64,000 nt of DNA from Octopus vulgaris (Eukaryota), in NCBI GenBank assembly GCA_951406725.2, contig OX597816.1:146940001-147004000 (forward strand). Direction: 5' to 3'. Both the position numbers and the translations under genes were made by a program. The notes beneath the pieces are model-generated. The model did no database searches and had not been told where the DNA came from. It saw nothing but the letters and a program-made list of their open reading frames with translations. Numbering within the stretch: the stretch's first letter is position 1; each line of letters opens with the position of its first letter. Positions 54,257-64,000 of this stretch are shown in pieces.

Positions 54257-54526
54257 ATGCCTAGGCGCTCAGGTAGCTTGCCTCTTTTGTCCGTCATTAA
54301 GATAGTGCTCCTTGTGTTTATGAGTTGTTTTAACTCTTATTTCTAGCAATACAGAAAAGCAAAAGAGGACGGGTGTATAAACAAGAAGCAGGTGCATTAG
54401 TTTGACACTCGGCAAGGTGAGAAAGTCTTTTACGTTTAGAGCCTACGCTCTTCAACAGAAAGGAATACGATGAAATAAACCGAGAGGGAGAATAAATAAA
54501 ACTTGTGGATTCAGCGATCAATCATT

Positions 54527-54564
<38 letters not shown>

Positions 54565-54567
54565 AAC

Positions 54568-54702
54568 ACGACGTGCTTCTTTCAATTTGCCTGAACCAAA
54601 TCCACTCACAAGAATTTAGGCAGCCCAAGGCTGTACTAGGAAGCACTTTCCGTAGGTGCCAAACAATGAACACGGAACTTCTCACTACACAGCCCCTCCC
54701 TA
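54568..54702 (-). mobile_element. Decayed family B SINE head
   Basis: acgacgtgcttctttcaattt..ccaaatccactcacaag..aggtgcca..actacacagcc. Confidence 0.65.
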
Positions 54703-56171
54703 ATATATTCAGAGGTTTACCATCTGCGCCATACCTTTTCCTTCAATTGATATGATGACATGAGTTTTGTTTCAATACGTTTCTCATCTCCCACGAGAAT
54801 ACACCGAGTCGCAGCCTTCAAAATTTCTCTTATTATTCAGATAGTTATTCAGCTAAAGAACTATAAAATCTGCTGACATGCACAGCCCCTAATTAGTGCC
54901 GACTTCTTACACGATACCATCGTCACCTGTATTTGAAGAACCATGCAATAAAACTCATAATGTATATATTACATCCTGTAACTAATTTCACTGCTGCCAG
55001 TGCTTGTTCATTTATATCAGACAATATTCGTACGCTCACCCATAAACACCCACTCACACGCGCGTACACGCACACATTAACATACACGCGCGCACACACA
55101 CGCACACGCACACACAAGCAGAGACATATATAAATATCAAATGCGTGTTTACGACAATTGTAGTTAATTTGCAAACATTTTAACGAAGCATTATCAATCA
55201 CAATGCTTTCTAACAAGATTTGAACATATTACATAAATTCACGCATATCCATATTTGTCTATGTCTGTATGCGTATGCATATGTATGTAAGTATGTATAA
55301 ATATATATATACACACACACGCATATATATTAACTATACTTATATATGTATATATACATATATAAATATATTAATATTCATATATATATATATATACACA
55401 AACATACACATATAGATAGATAAGATACATGCATAAGAATACTATATTTACATATTTACATATATATATTCATATAGGTGACTGTAAAGATATAAAAAAA
55501 AATATATATATATTAAAATATATATATATATATATATAATATATAAATGTATGTATATATGCATATATACACATATATATGTATATGTATATATGTGTGT
55601 GTGTGTGTGTGCGTGCGTGTGTATGTACACACACATGTTTATGCATTGGAGTTGTAATGAGCTGATTACAGAAGTTCAAATTCGCTAGTAACTCGTTACG
55701 TTATCGACGTCCATACGAGTTCATTTCCAGTCATTCATTTCATGCCATTTCACCAAATAGTGATATTTAGTTACAGAAAAATCTAAGACATTTGAAGCTT
55801 TCAAAGATTTAGAGTAATATTCGAAGTGTGCTTTTACTGATGATGTCTGTAGTGTAAAGTTACATGTAACACATTTGAGTACACTCCGTTTTTCTACCGA
55901 AAGTGTGTCGGCAGAATATTCACCTCTTAAAAGTTCCTTCACAGTGAAAGCACATTTCACGTCCCATTGTACGTCACTATTTTAAACATGACTTTAACGA
56001 ATATATTTAATTTAATTTTGCGTCCTGCGAATATTGTTCGTCAATTGCAGCTTCATTAGATTTTATTACGTTGCAGTGATAATATAAGAACTCGCAGTTT
56101 TTCAGCAGGTGACAAATATATTTTGAAGTAGCATCTCATGACATGGAACCATGCAAAAAAGCATGTGTTCT

Positions 56172-56648
56172 GTGAAAAAATGACAGACAGGACGGAGGAA
56201 AATGTCCCTTGCATTTGAAAACTATGGAAATCTTTCTAAAAAACATTTCATTTAATTTTTCCACGATTTACTTGTTTTTTGTGCTTTACTGTAAGTTGAA
56301 AAGGTCGCACAGACTGAAACCGGTGCTAAAATGTTCTTCATGATAAAATTATTCTAACATTTTCTACCTTGTCTTATTATCCTCATTGTGTTTTGATAAA
56401 TATTTGTCTCTGTCACTCTGTTTTACTCATGTAAAAATGAGTGAGACAGGCAGAAAAAAGGAAAGTGTCCCTTGCATTTGAGAAATATGGAAATATTTTT
56501 TAGAAACGTTTCATTTAAATTTTCCACGATTTAACTGTTTTTCATGCTTTACTCTAAGTTGAAAAAGTCGCAAAGGCTGAAACCGGTACTAAAATCTTCT
56601 TCATTATAAAATTATATTAGTATTTTCTACCTTGTCTTATTTTTCTTA
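56172..56648 (+). repeat. Diverged direct repeat (period 263 bp), each unit carrying a minimal hammerhead-like motif; pLTR or retrozyme-like
   Basis: Units at about 56172-56384 and 56431-56648 are colinear; hammerhead cores at 56296-56325 and 56559-56588. Confidence 0.75.
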
Positions 56649-56834
56649 TATATATATTTGCAATTTCGGGTAGTGATAATCGAGATGGCTCCAATGGGGC
56701 CAGCCGCAAGAAAAAACTAAGCTAAGAGCATTAGATTCTTTAGAAGAAAGCAGCGAAGCAGTGAATATATACAAAATCAAGGACGGAAAAAATGGATGGA
56801 TAATGTTATACAAATACACACATATATATATGTG

Positions 56835-56910
<76 letters not shown>

Positions 56911-57649
56911 CGTGTGTGTGTGTATGTGTATATATATATATATATATATAACTTACGTACGTGTTTGTGCGTGTGTGTGTGTTACTGTGCGTGAGTCTGT
57001 TTTATGGGTCTGTATGTTTATTTGTGAGATTTGTGCTTGTTCAAATAAATACTGAGAGACAGTTATATAGCGTAGCACCGAGGAAGTACCAGAAGACGCA
57101 CAAGTCTTTTATCAAAATGATTCAAAACAATTTCCTATGAAGTGTCAAATGTTAGTTAGATTTCATGGTCAGGTGCCGTTACCTGGAATACAAGTAAGTT
57201 TATCTTATTGCTTAACTCAATCATAGATATGAATTTGTTTGACAGTATTTTTACCTCAATGTCTGCTACTCACACGTTGGTGTTAAATAGTATTTGACGT
57301 TGATATATTTCATTCACTTATTATTTTTTTATTGTAGTTGACATCTATATTCCTTATTTCATTGAAGTTCTATGCAGTATTTGAATAATTTTTACCTATG
57401 CTTCACATCAAATATTTTTCATTAGTTTCTACAGGGTTATTTGTTTTTTTATGAAAAGGAAAGACAGGAGTTTTGCTGAGAAGTATTGTCTAAGTTTCTT
57501 TTATTCAAATCAAAGCAGTGTATGTATTTATGTGTACACCAACATACACACATACACATATGTATATATATATCAAAAGTATGTGTGATAATTCTATTCC
57601 ATATACATAAAAACAGCCATACCAACAATCCAACACACATAAAGGAACA

Positions 57650-57952
57650 CTGTCGATTACGACGACCAGGGTCTCAGCTGATACGATCAACGGAATAGTT
57701 TACTCGCGAAATGAACGTGGAAGTTTTTGAGCATTCCACCGACCCGCAGTTCTCAAGGATATTCAGCGTGACAGAATGTGACAAGGCTGGCCCTTTGTAA
57801 TATAGGCACTATTCATTTTTGCCAGCTGAACGGACTGGAGCAACGTGAAAATAAAGTGTCTTGCTGAAGGACACAACGCGTCGCCGGGAATTGAACTAAA
57901 GACCTTATTATGGTGAGTCGAATATTCCAACCATCATGCTACGCGTCTTCAC
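57650..57952 (-). mobile_element. tRNA-derived SINE, family D
   Basis: Minus strand: gtgaagacgcgtagc..agttcaattcccgg (B box), CORE-like ttgtgtccttcagcaagacacttta, 3' end tcgtcgtaatcgac. Confidence 0.85.
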
Positions 57953-58499
57953 AAACACACACATATATGCATCTGGGTATTAATTATAGACTATATATTA
58001 TTAGACTGTATATAATGTACATGATATTTATATATATATAAATGTCTGCGTGTGTGTGAGTGTATGTATGTGTGTACGTAGTTTTTGTATGTAGTTGAAG
58101 ATCATCTTGCATCGTTGTCATATTCAAAAGGTTCTAAAAACTGAAATTTTTACAAAGAAAACTAAAGTATTGCGACTTGCCCCAAAAACGTTGCGGTGGC
58201 AGATTCGAGATACAAGTAATTTTTTACGCATTTAGGAATTTAAAATATATCTCTGCTGTAAAAGGGAATCTTTGCAGAAGTTCTTTTTCTCAATTTTCTC
58301 AGTAATGTGATTTGTTTTGCCCAAGTTAGCTACAACAGTTGACTTTTACAAATACAATACTCAGGAATATTTTGGGAAAATTGTAATATGCAAAAGTGTC
58401 TTATCGAATGATAATAATTTTCTTTCTGACACCCAGAGTGACAGCGCAAGAGAAGCAGTTACGTTTGCCACATTATTCCTGAACGCTAAATAATTTATG

Positions 58500-59500
58500 A
58501 ATCCGCGAAATGTGAGTATGATATTTTGCAAAGGCATTCTTTAGCATTGATCGCAGGTTGACATTTCAAAAACGCCGTTGACTAGGCATAGTTAGAAAAC
58601 TGGGAGAGTTGTTACATGCTTTCTAAAGACAAATACCAGATTGCAGCAGATAATACAGCCCGCTCGAAGGTGATTTTAATAGTGTGGGTTGCATCAGAGA
58701 ACTGCCCTAAGACCACTGCTCTGTTATGCCTCAGCCCGTCATGACATTAGTTATACACAATGCCATTCTTACTAGTCATGCTGATAATAGAAATGTAGCA
58801 CAAGTTGCCAAGAATTTTTATAATGTTAATCTTCAACAGAAAGATGTAGATGACTCATATTGGAGAAAATAACAGCAAGAAATTTAATACAGAGAGGATG
58901 GAAGGCCTCAGCTCTCAGTGAGTTTGCCAAAACATTGTAACAAAGATATTTCGGAGCAGAAGACTGGTAATCCTAAATTCAAACTTAATGCAAGAAATTG
59001 GAATTGATATGAGCAACGCTGCTTCGCTCCATGTATATAACACCGAGGCGGAAGCAATGTCCTAGCGAATGGCAAGATGGGTACCGCGGATATTCAAAGT
59101 GAGGAATTAGAAAAGTATGCTAATCCTACGAAAGACATTTGGCTTCAGCCGTCTGGACTAATGCTCTCAACCATGGTTACCACACATAGCCAAATAAATA
59201 TTGGAACTCGAAGCAATTCAACGGTGCTACACCAAGAAGATTGTTTCAATGAAACAGCTAAACTACTGAGATTGAAAGAATTGTAATTAAGATAGGTGAG
59301 ATATGAAGTAATATACATAGGAAGTTCCTAAAGTGGCTGAGAACAAACTTCGGTTTGCAATGTTATAACATCCCACGAATAGAATACAACTGCACTTTTC
59401 CAACAATTTAAAGCATTCTGTCTAGAGTAAGAACATTGCACTGTAATAGCTTGGGGTTCAAAGGTCAAAAGTAATTTGATATCTTACAAACAAAGAAAAA
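58500..59500 (+). pseudogene. CR1-clade LINE RT relic
   Basis: FAKAF, GIVRKLGELLHAF, TSHADNRNV (YADDTK), SRLD..SQPWLPH, LEAIQRCYTKKIVSMKQLNY..LKEL. Confidence 0.8.
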
Positions 59501-59988
59501 ATGAGAGAAGCACATGGAGTAAGGTGTTGATGTTTTCATGAAAAAGTTCACAGTCTGCAGTGCGAAATCTCAGATGAAAGTACATCATGGAAAGAAACGC
59601 AAAGGAGGACTGCAATGTGAAAACCTTTCATTCATCAAAAGCCAACCCTATGAGAATGATCATTGAATAGAAGATGAACCTGGTAGTGCCACTATAGACC
59701 ATGGGCTAAAACACATAAAAAAAGAAAAAAACAATAGAAATAATAAAGAATAAAAATAATAGCAAAAACAATAATGATGATGATGATGATGATGAGGTTT
59801 ATAATTTAGCCAAAGCAATGAATATGTAAGAAAGGTTGCAGAAACCAGGAAATTATTCAATAGTAAAATACATCTCTTACACATCTCGGAGCGGAAGTCG
59901 GAACTAGAACGAATAGAACGTATTAAATCATTCAACTGGTAATCGAAAATATGACGTTTCTGAGATTCCTAACCACTACTTTGCGGTG

Positions 59989-60053
<65 letters not shown>

Positions 60054-61170
60054 GTGTGTATGTGCGTGTGTGTGAGTATAATGGGATTGATGAGTGTTTT
60101 TGTTTTGTTATTGGACTTATATGTTTTTAGCGGACAGGGACAGACTAACTGAATCTAATCAACTGCAATAAAATGAATTTATGAAATACGATTAATGGAC
60201 CTGAATCCTGGCTTTGTTTTCATTAGCTACAATACCATACTTTGTGAAGGGAGTTGAACAGAAAGGTAATGGACAGGAAGTACTTCAAGAATTAAACGAT
60301 TATGAAAAATAAAATGAAATCGGAAACATATTTTTATTTTTCTCTGAAGCTCAGCGAATCTGAAAATATTTTCTGGCGTATATCTAGGTAGCTTTTCTCC
60401 TTCTGAAGTAATTCTATAATACGCTTAATTTGTGATTCTATACAATATACAGTTAATACAATCAATAACATTTATTACTGTCATCATACGCTCCAGCTGA
60501 TAGGCATTTGTCCAATCATATATTACACGCCACACCAAGTTAGATTAATAGAAAATTCTAGTTCCGTATGCCAAAAATAAGTTTACTAATCTCAGTCTAT
60601 TCTAAACATGTATCCAATCATGCTTGATTTTTATCTCTTACGTCTCATTATACGTGATGTATAATCTTCGGTTTGTTCACCTTGGATGCTTCTTAAGTTT
60701 CATATCAGCCTCAACTTTAGACATTGTGAATATATATGGATAGCTCTCGAATCAAATAGTCTGTACTGACCTTTCAATATTATGTAAGTAACACAGAAGG
60801 AGGAATACATCAAGTTGTCAACTATGAAAAGTAGTTGCTACATATGCTATGCATATATTTAAAGGTTATATATGTGCAATAAACTTTCCTTCAACATATG
60901 AGCGTGCATCTTTCGTTCAGGCCGAGATTAATCTGCAAAGGAGTTAATTTACTGTGTAATTTACAGATCGTCAAACTAACAAGTGTTCTGTATGTATCAC
61001 TTTAGATAAGTTGATTTTATTCAAATTTCGCGTCATCATTATGGATACAGACATACTATTAGGATCTATTGTATTAAATCTTTGTCAATTCACATGGGTG
61101 TGTGCGAGTATGCACAGAGATACACTTTACATACGAACACTCATAAGCATTTACTTTATATACATATATA

Positions 61171-61334
61171 GGCGCAGGAGTGTCTCTGTGCGGTATGTAG
61201 CTTTCTTACCAATCACATGGTTCCGGGTTCAGTCTCACAGCATAGCACCTTGGGCAAGTGTCCTCTACTATAGCCTCAGGCTGACCAAAGCCTTCTGAGT
61301 GGATTTGGTAGACGGAAACTGAAAGAAGCCCGTC

Positions 61335-61374
<40 letters not shown>

Positions 61375-61460
61375 AGTGGCTTATATTCATTCATATATGT
61401 ATATATATTTATATATATTTGTGTAAGAGTGTGTGTCTCTGTCTTTGTCGGTTGACACAG
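61171..61460 (+). mobile_element. Family B SINE head plus internal (TA)n
   Basis: ggcgcaggagtg..accaatcacatggttccgggttcagtc..ccttgggcaagtgtcctctactatagcctc..gaagcccgtcg(TA)n. Confidence 0.9.
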
Positions 61461-61649
61461 CACATCGTTACTTAAAACTTTATGTGTATAAAACCCAGCA
61501 CCGCAAGAAAACCGGATATAGAGGAAAGAATTGAAAAGAAATATTTTTAAATCTCTTGTAAGTGGTAAACCTTCGGCTGCTATTAGTCAGTTCAGGTCAA
61601 GTGAATGCGTCATCTAACGAGCGAGAACAGTTATCCCATTGTGTCCTGC

Positions 61650-62420
61650 ATGTGGTAGTTAAACAGGATATTGGCATCAGTTAGTTGGCGAGGTTTCACA
61701 TTTTGGTGAAAAGAGTTTGCAGATGCGAAGATAACCAGTTTAGAGACATCAAGTTATATAACAGATTGCCTGAAAGAACTGGCGGTTGTAGGCTACCGTT
61801 ATTATACTATGAATAAACAGTTTTTTAATTTTACAGGCTTCAGGGATTAAATATCTTGCATCAGCTAGGTTTCATTTCATATTCATCAGCGAACAGTATT
61901 TTATAGTCCACAGGAAGATAACTTTCTTTAGACACACAACGAGAATTCATGACTTCTTCCTTCACCATTATGATTTAACAGATTGTGTGTGGTTGCACAT
62001 TGAACTAAGTATAAAACATCGATGTAGGAACGTCATTGCTGGAAATTACTAAGATTGACCCTATCAATAATAATAGTCATACGTTCACGCTAAAATTCAT
62101 ACTTCTGTATAAGGTTGGTTTTTTTTCTCAATATATTATCCTACGTATTGATTTCAACGGTTAGGTTTCATTTACATTTGGTATTGGCTTCCCATTGGAC
62201 ATTTCTTCTTCTTACTTGCCCTATGCTACATATATGAAGCTATGATGGTAGTTTCCATACTTATCTATAGAGGGAATGTCTCCGATACCTCTTCATTTAT
62301 ATCTTCAAATAACCGTTGAAGCCGTTAGTTATGGTTCAATATCCGACATGACCCCCATCTCTTTCTCACACGGATAGCAATATGATTCTCCTAGATTCAA
62401 TTTTTTCTGCTCTATTCTTT
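61650..62420 (-). pseudogene. Very decayed Penelope-like RT relic
   Basis: Minus-strand remnants in the expected order: MG..A.SY-like, NQYV.DNI (W.RYVDDI), PYIDVL (PFLDV). Confidence 0.4.
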
Positions 62421-62717
62421 CTTAAGTTCCTTGTATTATGCTTTCTCTCTTTCATACACTGAAGATTACGATGATATTTATTCAATTTAATTCAATCATT
62501 AATTTATATTATTATATCTTTGTACGAAACGATCGTCTGCAAGAGTTAAACTTCTTATAATTAAACTTCTTTTTGGAAACCTCCAATATATAAATATATA
62601 AATATATATATATATATATAATTTCAACAATTGAGGGTAAAATTAATTAATTATTAATCAATTTCACCAAGTATTCAGTATGTAAAGGGACCATTTAAGG
62701 CGAATTCAAAATATTAC

Positions 62718-62807
62718 ATTATATAAAAGGGCTTAGTAAAATAAATTACTTCTAATGAGTTCAGTATGTGGCAAAGTAATTTATTTTACTAAGCCCTTTT
62801 ATATAAT
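62718..62807. repeat. Perfect 34-bp inverted repeat with a 22-bp spacer
   Basis: attatataaaagggcttagtaaaataaattactt / aagtaatttattttactaagcccttttatataat. Confidence 0.95.
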
Positions 62808-62814
62808 ATATATG

Positions 62815-62859
<45 letters not shown>

Positions 62860-63019
62860 CTATATATGTAAGTATGTATGTATATATGAATGTATATATA
62901 TATAATATGTATGTACACATGTATACATGCACACATATATATATATATACATTTGACCTTTCATGATAAAGCCGACAACCAGAAGCACTAGAGAAGAAGG
63001 TGTCATTGCTATTGGTTTG

Positions 63020-63610
63020 CATCAGGGCTTGAGTATGTGCAAACCCTCATGTAAAAATGTGTTTCGAATTTAGCACGCAATTAAATCGCGGGTGTGAAGA
63101 AATGTTCATACGCTAGCACAATTTGTACCTTCTCTTGCGTCAGAGAATTGGTTACAATTTTTTAATTCTTTGCTTCGTTCTTTTGTCATATTTGGTGCCT
63201 TGGCCTTTTCTTGAACCACCGTATTTACTTGGCCAAAGTAGTGATATCACGCTTCACGTATCTCCAGAATATTGCTTAGTGGCTGTGAAAGCGTTCTTGA
63301 ACAACCCCTCCTTAATCTGATGCAGCACTTTATGTTGGCTACATTCTTCAGCTCTCTCCTCCTGACTTCTGAGGTGCATAATTATTTGAATCCTTATGTA
63401 CGTTGAAGTGATAATGTCCGCACATCTAGAAAATTGTTGTATTTCAGATAGATTCCTCCATGGGTCGACATTTGGCATTCATATATTTATCTATATCGCG
63501 AATGGGAGAATTTGTGGAAGATTAGAATTTGCTCATTCAGACAAGTCTCCACTCCTCCACTCTTCAAATCTTGTTAAAAGAAAAGGCTTATACTTCAGGG
63601 CTGATAGCGA
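63020..63610 (-). pseudogene. Decayed RLE LINE (HERO/NeSL-like?) zinc-knuckle region
   Basis: RNLS..RCADIITSTYI...QHKVLHQI loosely resembles NL..C..C..T..HI..C..RHNKVL. Confidence 0.35.
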
Positions 63611-63699
63611 CTAGCAATACTGTTGTTTTAGTTTTACGTCAGGACACAACTTCTGATCAAACCTATTGCAATAGATCTTAACCGTTGCCCTAACAGTTC

Positions 63700-63862
63700 C
63701 GCAGATCGACTGTCCTGGTCGGGAAATTATACTTATCGACTTTAAAAGAATGAAACACATTTGTCCTTCTAGATATTTGAACATTGGATGTAGATATTTG
63801 GGAAAAAGTAAACACTGCGACGCATTCTCTAGTACACCGTAACAGTTTTGTTAGGTTGCTAA
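63700..63862 (-). mobile_element. Old decayed family A-like SINE
   Basis: gatcgac..ttatcgactttaaaagaatgaaa..atttgaac..gcatt, colinear with antisense family A. Confidence 0.4.
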
Positions 63863-64000
63863 TATATGGCTATTCAACGGGCAAAAGTAAACGTGCAAAC
63901 GAGTGAATGAAATTAAAAGGAATAGAAGCGAGAACAGACATATATATTAAGCGTTTATATTATAATTCCAAAGATATTTTACACATCTCAAAAGATGGAT

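Overview
Repeat-saturated, AT-rich eukaryotic non-coding DNA. The SINE families and the (TA)n/(TG)n/(TATG)n/(TAA)n load suggest an octopus-type cephalopod genome (inference). There is no intact protein-coding gene, and almost all ORF-track entries are microsatellite translations. The window holds four or five tRNA-headed SINE families, a decayed full-length mariner plus mariner-derived fragments, and a HINE/DINE-like element. It also holds R4/Dong-type RLE LINE fragments stacked in TAA arrays, CR1-type RT relics and at least three decayed Penelope-like (PLE) relics. The most interesting signals are several hammerhead-ribozyme motifs with different core variants: a tandem 263-bp-period pair with a U3:A8 core at 56.2-56.6 kb, a U4C motif at 9.7 kb, an A14G motif at 54.2 kb and an inverted degenerate pair at 9.4 kb. 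A unique-looking site at 20.2-20.3 kb reads either as a phase-1 signal-peptide exon or as a recursive splice site with a 30-nt RS/micro-exon. Several long hairpins are also present. All calls were made by eye, and TE boundaries are approximate.
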